Shown here: one piece after another, positions 39,590-51,130 of the stretch | Position numbering within the stretch: position 1 is the stretch's first letter | How the letters are laid out: the number at the start of each line of letters is the position of its first letter | Source: Octopus sinensis | Lineage: Eukaryota | DNA: 64,000 nucleotides | Assembly (NCBI RefSeq): GCF_006345805.1 | Contig: NC_043009.1 | Span: 35,526,001 to 35,590,000, forward strand | Direction: 5' to 3' | Position numbers and translations under genes: made by a program | Notes under the pieces: generated by a model | The model's database searches: none | What the model was told of the DNA's origin: nothing | What the model saw: the letters and a program-made list of their open reading frames with translations, nothing else

Positions 39590-41150
39590 TAACATTGCAG
39601 CCAGGTCTCTAGTTTGAGAATGCATTCCGCCCTCCCTCTCATCAACTTCGGGGCCCTGTAACGGGTTTTAGACACTGCCTTTCCACTTGGTCATAAGATA
39701 AAAATTCACACCAAATATACAACAGTTGTAAATTCCCCCTTTGATACCTCCATGGTATCATTTGGGGGAATTGCATTTTTCCAGTAGGTGTCTCAAGTTT
39801 CAAGGGGGCGGGTGATTTTGTTTTTGTAGTGGCTTGTGCGTTCAGGGGCTGGGTTTTTCATTATTTTGTTAGGGGACAGGAACCGCAGCAGCGGGAGTGG
39901 GTTTTTTGCCTTTGTGGGGATTAGTGTGTGTGTGTGGGAGTGGGAATGCTTTTTACACTTGAAGAGCTTGGTGTCTGCACCATCTTCTTTTTTCGTTCCT
40001 CACAGTCTGCCACAATGTGGCCCTTTTTGCCACATTCGTAACATGTGGTTTCTTTACCCTCCACTTGGATTTTTAGTATAGAATTGTCACCCATGAGTAC
40101 CCTGTCTGGAAGCATCTCGGTATCTACATGGACCCCCTGAATGACTGCCGAGATGCTCTGCCCGAGCCAATTCGAGGGTGGGCAGAGCATGTGATTTGGA
40201 GAAACTTTGGAGAAGATTTGGAGAATCTTGTCCTCCCTGTTAAACAACAGGGTGGCTATTACCTCCCTCGGATCCACTTCTGGTGGCACTTCTGACACCT
40301 TTACACGTGAAGTACGCCTCCCTATGTAGTTTGGCAAAAGCACCACTTCTTTAGTCTTCATGGGCCTCACAGAGTACCCGCAGGTCATATCCTCTGTAGC
40401 AAAACGCACCTCCACGATACCATATGTCTTGCTCCTTGCAATGTAACTTATGTCTTTCCATATTGGGACAAGGCATTTTTCAATGTTCTCCTTTTCAGAG
40501 TGCTTGAAACGCTTGTTTTCTGTACAGTAGGTTTTAAACAAAATTGTTTTTCTCTCCGAATCCATAGCATTGGAGAAGGGTGATATTTTCACATCAGCGT
40601 CCTCCTCTTTTACTCTTTTGAAATATTCCTGTAGTATTCCTACAGGGATATCAATATTTACTGTTGTCACTGGGGCAACTGCCGAAAATTTCTTCTCAGT
40701 GTTGGCATTTTTCTCTGAAAATTACGACCGATTTACTCGGCGGAAATTAATAACCAAAGAACAGAGAAAACACAAGAATAATTAATAATATAATAATTTA
40801 AATTAATAATATAATAATTTAAATTCTCCTCAAGAAGAGGTCAGCAGTTCAAAACAGTACGACACAGTTTAAAGTAGTTCATAAACAGCTCAATAAACAC
40901 ACAAATAAGTCTGCAAAATCTTTAAAAGAGTTCAATTTTTAACAGAAAAATATATACAATGCCACAATGGCCACAGAAAATAAGTAACAATTTCTATTTC
41001 CCGTAACCGTGAAACAGAACAGTTCAACAATAATAGTAACAAGTACAGCAATACCAGCAGTAGTAACAATATAATCCAACGGTAAATCCAACGATAATTT
41101 CAGCACGACGCACTAACAACGACCGTAGTCTATAATCGGAAGCAAGCTTC
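39590..41150 (-). mobile_element. L1/Tx1-like element remnant: 5'UTR plus ORF1, no ORF2 seen
   Basis: GC-elevated block containing the 249-aa zinc-knuckle ORF. Boundaries approximate. Confidence 0.6.
39921..40670 (-). CDS. gag-like ORF1 protein with CCHC zinc knuckle (Tx1/L1-like)
   Basis: 249 codons uninterrupted. CYECGKKGHIVADC fits CX2CX4HX4C. The upstream GIVEVRF...PNYIGRRTSRVKVSEVPPEV region is RRM-like, as in Tx1 ORF1. Confidence 0.7.
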   Translation of the reverse strand: MTTVNIDIPVGILQEYFKRVKEEDADVKISPFSNAMDSERKTILFKTYCTENKRFKHSEKENIEKCLVPIWKDISYIARSKTYGIVEVRFATEDMTCGYSVRPMKTKEVVLLPNYIGRRTSRVKVSEVPPEVDPREVIATLLFNREDKILQIFSKVSPNHMLCPPSNWLGQSISAVIQGVHVDTEMLPDRVLMGDNSILKIQVEGKETTCYECGKKGHIVADCEERKKKMVQTPSSSSVKSIPTPTHTH

Positions 41151-41419
41151 TTACCACACAGCCACACATGCGCCTATATATCTTTAACTTTTTAAATTTC
41201 ACTTTTCAAGTTACCATTTAACGACCCCTAAAGGTTAAAAATGGCGGTCGAGCTCAATGTTATTCAAAATCTCAAAATCTTCATATATCACAAATCTGAA
41301 AATAATCATATATCGCAAGGTATTTTAATGTGCGAAGCTTCTGGCCTTGTGTTATTAGATACTGTCAATTTATATGTTTATATCATGTATAGGAACAGAA
41401 ATGAGTCTTGAAAATTAGG

Positions 41420-41990
41420 TGTATTCTTTCTTTTATTCCTTTGACTCCATGTGGTTTATAAGGCGACAAGAGATTCCCGTCAGTCTCGATCTTTTATAAT
41501 AGATTGCAGCTGCCTTCAATTTCTGTGAACCTTCTCCATGCCGTTTTTGATATGCCATCCTTCCCTTCCCTTGAGTTGTCCATTGTGTTGGAGTTGCTTT
41601 GCAATACTGGAAACAGGTTTCCGTAGGGCATGTTCCAGCCAATCCTATTTCCTCTTCTTGATCTGGATTTCGATAGATTGCAGTTTCACCCACAAGATTT
41701 TATTTGTAAATCTGTCTTAATATTTCATCCAAATGATGTTGCGAAGACGTCTACTCACAAATATTTGGAGCACGTTGAAGAACTTTATGAATTGTAATGT
41801 TTCCCACACGTGCAACGGAACTGTCATTACCTTCATGTTAAAGATAAAGAGCTTTGTGTTTGTCAGCGAAGTTTATGATCTCCAGATGGTTCCAAGTATC
41901 ATGGAGGCTTCGGTAGCTTTTGTAATCTTTCTCTTCATATCTGTATCTGTCCCGTCCTCCCTATTAACAGTGCTTCCCATATATGTGTGA
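41420..41990 (-). mobile_element. RTE-clade LINE 3' fragment
   Basis: Minus frames YMGSTVNREDGTDTDMKRKITKA, LGTIWRS and IQIKKRK*DWLEHALRK match the RTE RT thumb and C-terminal pattern. Confidence 0.75.
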
Positions 41991-42444
41991 TTTTAGAGAG
42001 ACATATGGATTGAGTGGTAGATAAATAGATCAGAAATGAGCGACGGATTAGTAATTGCTCTATAGCCTTTAGTTCAGCTGTGTACACGTCTCACGAGGTA
42101 ACTTATGATAAATATTCCATATTTCTTGTATGTCATAGAACCGAATCTCTTTTTAGGTATTCTCGGTGATTAAATAATTCAGTTAGATTAATTAAAATAG
42201 CGCTGTTTAAGTTTCTATGTTTATATATTACATATGTAGTGAGAGAGATGGGATGATAATGGGAATACAGTAAGACAGTCTTTCTTCTATAAGTAAGTCA
42301 ATAAAATCGAAATGAATGTAAGCAATCAGAAAGCATGCTGGATATATACTATATCATAGTGGGGGTGAAAAAGATAGGCCTGAGAGAACAACATATTTGC
42401 TACCTAAACAAGCCCACAGAAATACTAATTACAAATTATAAATT

Positions 42445-42770
42445 ATAGTCGACCCCGGTGGCATTCGAACTCAGAATGCAAAATCAGAGCAAATGCCGTT
42501 AAGCATTATATTTTCCCTTTCTGCCAGCTTGCCGCCTTATAAATATAAAATATTAGATATAAATAATATATTTCTTTATTGTCCACAGGGGGCTAAACAC
42601 AGACGGTACAAACAAGGAGAGACAAAGGGCTTAAGTCGGTTACATCGACTCCAGTGCGTAACTGGTACTCAATTTATCGACACCGAAAGGATGAAAGAAA
42701 AAGTCGACCTCGGCAGAATTTGAACTCAGAACGTAACGGCAGCCGAAATACCGCTAAGCATTTCGCCTGC
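42445..42770 (-). mobile_element. Two octopus SINE copies (fragment 42445-42540 and near-complete 42571-42770)
   Basis: Match to the 19.1-kb family. An imperfect duplication of about 40 bp (gccgccttataa..aatataaaatattagata.aaataata) occurs at 42531-42570 and 42769-42813. Confidence 0.8.
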
Positions 42771-43340
42771 CGCCTTATAATATCTAATATAAAATATTAG
42801 ATAGAAATAATATTGGAGGAAATTGTCTAAAGTCATTGAAATAACTGATTGAAATTCTCACAGATTTTTACTAATGAAAAATTTACAGCTATTGACAGTT
42901 GTTAATAAGCGTTGTCAAAGAAGATCACATTTACAATAACTGTTCTTCTGGTTGTTGGTTCGTTTATTTTCTTTATTTGTTCTGGTGATATTTTAATAAC
43001 CCTAATTATGGAATCCAAACAGAATTTTCCAGTTGATTGAATGAACATGAATATAGAATAAATATAATATAGTGCCAATTCTACGCGTTATTTCCGAATA
43101 TTTATATATATATGAGAAATGACCATGGGTTTTGACTTGGTACTCTTTCACATATGTTTCAGTAGCGCTACATGCTAGAAGAAGACGCCAAATGACCCCC
43201 AAAACTACCTTATTTATCACATAGACACGGGCATAAATTGTCCTTATAATCATATTTATAAAATTAAATGCTTTGTATTAATTTTTACATAAAAGGCTTT
43301 TTACATGCTAGCTACTTGATAAAATCCTATATAGATTGTA

Positions 43341-43460
<120 letters not shown>

Positions 43461-45029
43461 ATATATGTGTGTGAGTCTGTGTGTGTGTGTGCGTTTGTGT
43501 GTTAGAAAGTCTACGAGAATTACTTATTTTTGAAGTGTAAAAGTGATTTAAAAAATTAATTTTTAAAGAATTGATATGAAATCTTGGTCATAGTTTAATT
43601 GGACTTAAAATAACATTTACAGCTGCTTGAGTTTGTTATTTTTATGTAAATTTTCATTTATCTCGTTTCATGTAATAAACATCGTCAGAATGATTTAGAG
43701 TTTATCAGAGGAATAATGACAGGAGAAAAAAGAAAACGGTAAAGAATACGGAAAAATTCTTGAGTAAATGTAAAACTAAGAATGTCATCTACCAATGTGA
43801 CGTATTCTCCAATAATTACAAGAATACTTATATAGGAGCAACTAATGAAATGAAATGAAATGAATCTTATATATAATTCCCATGTCACAAGTTCCAGAAA
43901 TAAGGCTAACTCTGCCGGATTAAGAAGTTGCATCTGGGAACTTAAAGATAGTAGCCTTAATTATAGATTAGAATGGCACATCCTAGCCAAAACCCCTACA
44001 TATAACCTTTAAAATAATCGTTGTGATTTATGCATTAATAAGAAATTCTTCATTTTAATGGCCAAATCAGAAGTACTTAATAAATGAGGCAAAAATATTA
44101 ACATACTTACATAAAAAATTCTTATTCTCTAAATACCGCTGATACGTACATTACAAGTTATTAGCAGACCTGTCTAACATCCGATTACCTCCCCTTGACC
44201 CTCCCCTTACTACAGAGCATGATTTGATATCATAAATCACGATTATATCAAATTACTACGACTAACTGAATTATTTATCTTAAATGCACGATGCCACCCG
44301 CAGCTATAATTCTCTTTAATATATTCACATTAAAGTTAGATCACTGACTAACATACTAATTGCTAGGGCTGCCACTTACAACTAAACGAGCAATTTAGTC
44401 TATTCTAGAAGAGTTGATTGGTTTCAATTATATTAACAAGTAGATAGCACATGAGAACATTATATTTTTTCGTTATACCTTTTTACGTAACCTAGATTTA
44501 TACCGTATATCGCACTTTTAAAAGCTTTTAAAAGCATCCTAAATTTTAACAAGGGCATTATTTGTAAATCATAGGGACTTATCTAGCGGGCTCAAATAGC
44601 GTTATTTATTACATAATTACTGACACCGGATATTACTACCAGGTGCAACTCTTTCGACTAACACCGCCTGTCAACTAGTCATTTTCCCCACTTACTGCTT
44701 CCTTCTTCTAATTGAAGAAATGTACACACACGTGCAATCTTTAAAAGACACAAAAATATAAGCCTAAAGACTTGATGACCTTCTTTCCTTTTTCCTTTTT
44801 CTTTTTCGATTTCCTTTTTTCTCCTTTCATTATCCCTCTAATAAACTCTAAATCATGCAATGTTTATTACATGGAACGAGATAAATGCAACTTTACCTCA
44901 AAAAATAACAAACTGAAATAGCCAAAGATTCTATTTTAACTCCAATTAAACTATGACCATTTAATAACAGTGATCAACTTCTAGTTTCTCCATTTCTTTT
45001 CTTATCTCTCTCTCTCTCTTTATATATAC

Positions 45030-45060
<31 letters not shown>

Positions 45061-45085
45061 TAATATAAATATATATATATATATT

Positions 45086-45147
<62 letters not shown>

Positions 45148-45157
<10 letters not shown>

Positions 45158-46099
45158 GAGTAAATAATTTCTATAAAGGCTTTTAAAAAAACCCCAATTA
45201 TTTACTGGTAGAATTCGGTATGTAAATATAGCCGATTACCGGCAGGAACTTCTGTAAAGTTCAGTATATATATTGTATATAAGAAAAAGGGACAGGCAAA
45301 CAGGTTGCTTGACCGCATACCGAAAAAATAGAAATAGCAGTCAAGAATGCTTATTTCTATCAAAGTTGGACTCCGGGCACGACAAACCCTGTAATTCACA
45401 TATAAGCATTCTTGACTGCTATTTCTATTTTTTCGGTATGCGGTCAAGCAACCTGTTTGCCTGTCCCTTTTTCTTATATACAATATATATACTGAACTTT
45501 ACAGAAGTTCCTGCCGGTAATCGGCTATATTTACATACCGAATTCTACCAGTAAATAATTGGGTTTTTTTAAAAGCCTTTATAGAAATTATTTACTCTTA
45601 TTATTATATTACTATTTGGATTTTTCACTCCATTATGACAACCCAATAGTTCCCAATCTTATGGAACTATTTTTGTAGTGCGCATGGCAAAATTTTGGAG
45701 GGAAGATTTACGAATTCAAACGTCTATGTAGGTTTAGCTTTTGCTCACTTTCTTCAAATATTTTGATGTCGCATGGTCAGAAGGTTTGAGGTACGTAGCA
45801 TTTGATAAATCTATGATAAATCTTTTTCAATGGAAAGCTGTGCTGAAGAAGGATGTGAAATATATATGCAATGTATATGAAATATATATCAAAAATATAT
45901 ATGAAATATATATTCAATATGTTTATAATCCAGAAACATGATGTTCACAGATAACCACCAGACTTCGTTTTCGTTATCTATTCCTTCTGTTTTGCATATG
46001 TGAATTACAGGGTTTGTCGTGCCCGGAGTCCAACTTTGATAGAAATAAGCATTCTTGACTGCTATTTCTATTTTTTCGGTATGCGGTCAAGCAACCTGT
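45148..46099 (+). mobile_element. Hammerhead-containing retrozyme/pLTR-like element: inverted partial copy plus about 1.1 tandem units
   Basis: Inverted repeat 45148-45354 / 45402-45607. Direct repeat of ataagcattcttgactgct...caagcaacctgt at 45402 and 46045 (period 643). Flanked by (TA)n on both sides. Confidence 0.8.
45838..45950 (+). ncRNA. Type I hammerhead ribozyme motif with AT-rich expansion in loop II
   Basis: ctgtg CTGAAGA a ggat...atcc a GAAA catgatg TT cacag. Stem I ctgtg/cacag, stem II ggat/atcc. The predicted GUU triplet is suboptimal. Confidence 0.6.
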
Positions 46100-46130
46100 A
46101 TATATATATATATATATATATATACCTCTT

Positions 46131-47065
46131 CTGCTTTGGTGAGATCGACTCGACTATCCTGCTATAAAGTCCTTTCATTTGATCTCTGCACTTCGCTCTG
46201 AGCTGTCTAGGCCCACAGACCATATAGGTGCTGTTCCTGATTACTTGGAAGCCACACTAGATATCTGGGAGGTTTTTGTTTGCAATAGTGAACAATGGTT
46301 GATGAATCCTCTATGCGGGTAAAATCCTCTGGCAACCATTTTACCCGTATAGAATCCTTGTCAGAGGATTTTAGCCGCATAGAGAGCAAGGTAATCCCCT
46401 TGTAATTGACAATTGCTGGAGCGTCTGGGATGTCCATCTCACAAATACTTCAACATGATTATTCAACCGCATGAAAACATGTTAAGGAAGATCAGGCACA
46501 GAAACCCCTTTTCTGACATTTCCCTTACTTGTGTAAAGAAAGGCTGTGTCCTTGCACCAACCCTTTTCACCACCTTCAGTATGATGGTTCAACTGGCAAC
46601 TGAAGTCCCTGAAAATGAAGATGGTATCTACACACCATATCATACTGTTTGCAGTATTTTCAAACTGACGCATCTACAAGCTCACACCAAAACAATAGAA
46701 CAACCCAACCACGAAATACTTTGCACAGACAATGCTGCCATTGTTACCCACAAAGAGACAGTCTTGTAACACATGACCTCTTGCTTTGCCAAAGCTGCCC
46801 GGCAATTTGGCCAACGAGTCAGTTCAAAGAAAACAGAAGTTGTCTGTCACTCATCTTGGGTGCACCATCTCATCATATACCAAAATTGACACAGAACCTG
46901 ATAGCAGACTGGCCAAGGTAGACAATAATTTCGGTAGATTATACAAGGGATTTGGGAAACAGACCTCGATCAGTGTATACAGAGCTATTGTTTTTACCAC
47001 CCTCTCATACAGCTATGATTCGTGCGTCATCTATCGGCATCACCTACGACTCCATGATAGAAGAG
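46131..47065 (+). mobile_element. RTE (BovB-like) RT fragment with an inverted 5' segment
   Basis: Plus strand 46413-47065: LERLGCP...VKKGCVLAPTLF...LQAHTKT...DNAAIVTH. Minus strand 46410 to 46131: NYKGITLLS...KNLPDI*CGF...LRQLRAKCRDQMKGLY...DLTKA. Confidence 0.85.
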
Positions 47066-47249
47066 CACTGTGTGTGTGTGTGTTTGTGCGTGTACACATG
47101 TTTATATTTGTTTGCGCATATGTGAATATGTATGCATATAAATACGCTCACATAAGTATGTGTGTGTGTCTGTGTGAGTGCGTGTGCGTATAGATAAATA
47201 GACCGATACATAGATAGACCAATACATACATACACACACACACACATAT

Positions 47250-47282
<33 letters not shown>

Positions 47283-47509
47283 TAATATATATATATATAT
47301 AATAATATATATATATATATATTATATATAAAGCATAAGGGTTTAGCAACGAGTGCCTTACCACATACCGAATTTAGAAATAGCAGTCAAAGGGTTATAG
47401 CTATTTCTTCTACTAAAAAGGGAGATCTCAGTAAAAACAGCATTTGGAAGGCACAAACAGGTAAGAGAGAATGAATTGACTGCAATCTGTCATACATTTT
47501 TTTAGTTAT

Positions 47510-47618
47510 CCACGGACGTACGTTTCGACATCAAGTTTTAAGGAAAGCATACGAATTAAATATTAAATTTAAATATAAATAATTCTATCTACCGAAACTT
47601 CTTTTCTCTTCAGCGTAG
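47510..47618 (-). ncRNA. Type I hammerhead ribozyme motif (minus-strand arm)
   Basis: Minus strand: ctacg CTGAAGA g...c GAAA cgtacg TC cgtgg. Confidence 0.78.
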
Positions 47619-47686
47619 ATACTATAATCATAAATGATTATATATTGAATTTGAATTCAATATTAATCATTTATGATTATAGTATT

Positions 47687-47797
47687 CTACGCTGAAGAGA
47701 AAAGAAGTTTCGGTAAGATAGAATTTTTATTATTTAATATTTAATATTTAATTCGTATGCTTTCCTTAAAACTTGATTTCGAAACGTACGTCCGTGG
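47687..47797 (+). ncRNA. Type I hammerhead ribozyme motif (plus-strand arm)
   Basis: ctacg CTGAAGA(47692-47698) gaaa..aagttt..atagaatt...aattcgtat..aaactt..tttc GAAA(47781-47784) cgtacg TC cgtgg. Long stem II and palindromic stem III; predicted cleavage after C47792 (GUC). Confidence 0.8.
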
Positions 47798-48082
47798 ATA
47801 ACTAAAAAAAATGTATGACAGATTGCAGTCAATTCATTCTCTCTTACCTGTTTGTGCCTTCCAAATGCGTTTTTTACTGAGATCTCCCTTTTAGTAGAAG
47901 AAATAGCTATAACCCTTTGACTGCTATTTCTAAATTCGGTATGTGGTAAGGCAACTCGTTGCTAACCCTTATTGCTTAGTATTACTTAAATTTTCCTCGA
48001 ATGAGGCTTTTACATGCCGAAGACTACTTGGTGTAATTGATAATTTTTCCAAATTAATTAATTTCACCCTTCATTATTACGG

Positions 48083-48115
<33 letters not shown>

Positions 48116-48140
48116 AATATATATATATATATTATATATA

Positions 48141-48520
48141 TATATAAAGCTGAAGTTGTCTGTGTATGGCAGGTTTGGTAGCCTTCAACTAACACTATCT
48201 CCTCCGAGACGCTGCGACGCAAGTTGACCAAAATTGAGAGTATGATAGAAGGTTGCTCTTCTTTCCGTAGAAGAAAAAAATCAAATCGGACCATGTTAAC
48301 ACCAAAAATTATTTACATAAAAAAGGTGCTTTTTTTCTATTAAAACCGTTATTTTTACCGATCTCTTGATTGCTGTGTTGCTATTTTTCGGTGTATTTCA
48401 ACCAGAAAAATGTTCACTTAAAGAGAATAACAAGCTACATAATGCAAATTTTTTACTTTTCAAAATTTCCAATTCTAAGAGGACGAAACAAACCCGAACA
48501 ACGCCGGGCGATACTGCTTG
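48141..48520 (+). mobile_element. Non-autonomous Helitron-like element
   Basis: Begins in (TA)n with tatataaagctgaagttgtc and ends cccgaacaacgccggg-cgatactg-CTTG(t), paralleling the hairpin plus CTAG end of the 5.6-kb element. Confidence 0.6.
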
Positions 48521-48523
48521 TAC

Positions 48524-48599
<76 letters not shown>

Positions 48600-48914
48600 T
48601 CTGTGTGTGTGTGTCTGTGTGTGTTTGTGTGTGTGTATGTGTGTGTAGATAGATAGATAGATAGGGCACAAGGATGAGGGTATTAATCGAAGGAATCAAT
48701 TCTGATACGTATTGCATCGGTTTCATGTGCCTAACTGCTAAGCTACGGGGACGTTAACATACCAACACCGTTTGTCGAGCGGAAATGGAGACAAGCAATA
48801 ACGTAAAGTTATACACATACATAGGAAAAGGAAAGATCCAAAGAAGGGAAGACAGAGGGAAAAATCGCCAACGGTACACACGCGGTCACATTTTGAATAT
48901 ATATATATACAGAG

Positions 48915-48958
<44 letters not shown>

Positions 48959-49569
48959 ATGTAAAGAGCAATGTAAATTTAATAATTATTGTAAACGGAT
49001 TTAGTATACAACGCTACAGTAGAAGCTGAAGATAAACTATTTTTCTACATTGGTTCTACGGACACATATGATACTTAGATTGGCTAACCATGACTCTTCT
49101 GTTAGAAACTGTATCTATTACCAAACCAATGAAAATAATTCATCTCTAACAATTGACTAATAATTCTTCTACTATCTAACTTATCCTTCAATTATTTAAT
49201 AGTATAATTCTTCCCTTGTATATTTAAGTATCGTTCGTTCTTTTTATTTAAATTCATATACTATTTTACATACATTTATATTTTTCTTTACTCTTTATAT
49301 TATAACTTTATACTTCTGTTTTTTTAGTTTTTACATTATTTTGTCTTAACTTACATCAATAATTCACTAGCTAAATACATACGCATAATATATATGTTGT
49401 AACTTTTTAAACTTATAAGTAATTCGGCTACACCCTATCAAGAAATATGTTAACATTTGTAATATAAGCTCATAAATCCCTGGTGAGATTCTGCTCCATA
49501 TAACTTAAAATGAAGACTAATTCTTAGCATGCGACCCTCCCCAAATGTTTAGAATTACTAACCACCTAG

Positions 49570-50140
49570 GGGCATGAATCGAAACATATATGTAGACTTG
49601 CTCAAGATTGCTCCCGTTTATGCTTCCCCGACCAATAACAAACACAAGCTTTTCGCTAACACCTTGGCCAAAATCTTAAACACAGTGAGTAGCAGAGTTA
49701 TGGGCCGAAAATTCCCTAGCACGTTCCCATTGTCGGCTTCCTTTCTCATCTCTCAAAAGTGTTACCACACCCCGGCTGACAGCACTAAGAATTCTCTCAT
49801 TCTGGTATCCGTTACTATAGACATCTGCCAAGAGGCTGCCAAACAAATCTGGCACGAAAATATAGAATTCGTAGAGCAGACCACCAAAACCGCGCGATTT
49901 GTGACTTATCTAATCTCTCATCGACTCCCCTATTTCAGAGGTTATAATCGGCCTTTCGCAGAATCTCATCACCGGGAGCCGTGGTAGGTCCCCTAGATAC
50001 GAAGTGAAGTTTGCTACCGTCGTCACCCTACCCAAACAGCCACGCAAAGTGCTGCCGGAAAGCCGCACACTTCTGCTCAGAACTTGATCGTGGTTTCGTT
50101 GCCACGTCACGTCTCTACTGTTCGGGCCCATCGAATGGTT
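49570..50140 (-). mobile_element. L1/Tx1-clade RT fragment
   Basis: Minus frames LPRL....CERPITTSEI, GGLLYEFYIFVPDLFGSLLADVY, SRGVVTLL and FRPITLLLTVFKILAKVLAKSL...LVGEA*T.AI. Confidence 0.8.
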
Positions 50141-50149
50141 TTAGTTCCT

Positions 50150-51130
50150 TCGTGTTTTAGCGCATGGTCCTTAGCTCTGACAACGCACCGTTCCTGTTTC
50201 ACATCAAAGAAATGGTCAAGAGCCATTCTCTCTGTTAGCACGTATAACATCTAAAGAGAAATCTCAAACAATCAAGCGCATCTTCTTCATGGATGATTTC
50301 AAGCTGTATGACAAGGATGAGGCATAAGTGAGTTCCTTGTTGAACATGGTCCACTGTTTTAGTGCTGATATTAAAATGGAATTCGGACACAAGAAATGTG
50401 GAATAATGTACGTAAAAGAGGCAATGTACAGTTCCTAGCAGGAATAGAATTGCTTAATAAGGAGCTGATTAAACAAATTGAAACGGAAGCCCTACATATA
50501 CCTTGGCATACTAGATTCAAACGAGATAATAGAGAAGGAAGTGAAAGAGCAACTGAGGATGGAATATTTCCGAAGACTAAGATTGGTGTTGCGCTAAAAT
50601 TTGACAGAACGGAATAAAATACGAAGCAGTTAATACATGGGCGATAGTATCACTTCGGTATGGAGCTGGAATTATAAAATGGCAAAAGAAAGAACTGATT
50701 AACAAAGATACAAAGACAAGAAATATGTTGACAGGGCATGGAGACTTCCACCCTAAGTGTGACACCGATAGGGTGTGCTTGTTCCGAAGAAAGAGTGTGA
50801 GAAGTTTGATCAGTTGCCAGGATTGTATCAAAGCAGAGAAAAACAGCTTAGGGTGGTATGTAAAAAATGTCGTGGAACTATTGTTGAAACATGTGAAGAA
50901 GGCTAGCGTCATTAAAACTAATAACTGTGTAAAGAAGGAAAAGCTTAAAGAAGAAAAGAACAGAAAAAAGAAGCAGCATGGAATAAAATAGTACAGTTAG
51001 TTTGCAAGAGTTACGAACTCTAAGACAGATACAGAAGACCGGTGGCTATAGATGAAGGGGAGTGACGTGAAGACAGAGGCAGATGAACTCTTATGCGCAA
51101 TACAAGAACATGCGTTAAGGACAAAGTGAA
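50150..51130 (+). mobile_element. R4/Dong LINE fragment (RT C-half to pre-zinc knuckle)
   Basis: FFMDDFKLY..FSADIKMEFG, MLTGHGDFHPKCDTDRV and QFAR...DVKTEADELLCAIQEHALRT. Confidence 0.8.

Larger units (their letters stand above)
47331..48085. mobile_element. Head-to-head palindromic pair of hammerhead-containing units
   Basis: Arms 47331-47651 and 47654-47977 are near-identical reverse complements with a 2-nt centre. The right arm continues with the catgccgaagactacttggt box (shared with the 53-kb copies) to a (TA)n tract. Confidence 0.85.

Noticed and set aside
43655-43705. Minus-strand CTGACGA..GAAACGAGATA hammerhead-like string
   Set aside because: Stem III cannot pair, the stem II register is off, and the stems are AT-only, so it is compatible with chance.
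43685-43933. 82-aa minus ORF with LVDDI (RT-like)
   Set aside because: It is a single weak motif without supporting RT blocks.
45202-45554. Two near-identical 93-aa ORFs on opposite strands
   Set aside because: They are a by-product of the inverted repeat, with no domain or coding signal.
49574-49987. 137-aa plus-strand ORF
   Set aside because: It is the antisense shadow of the Tx1 RT fragment on the minus strand.
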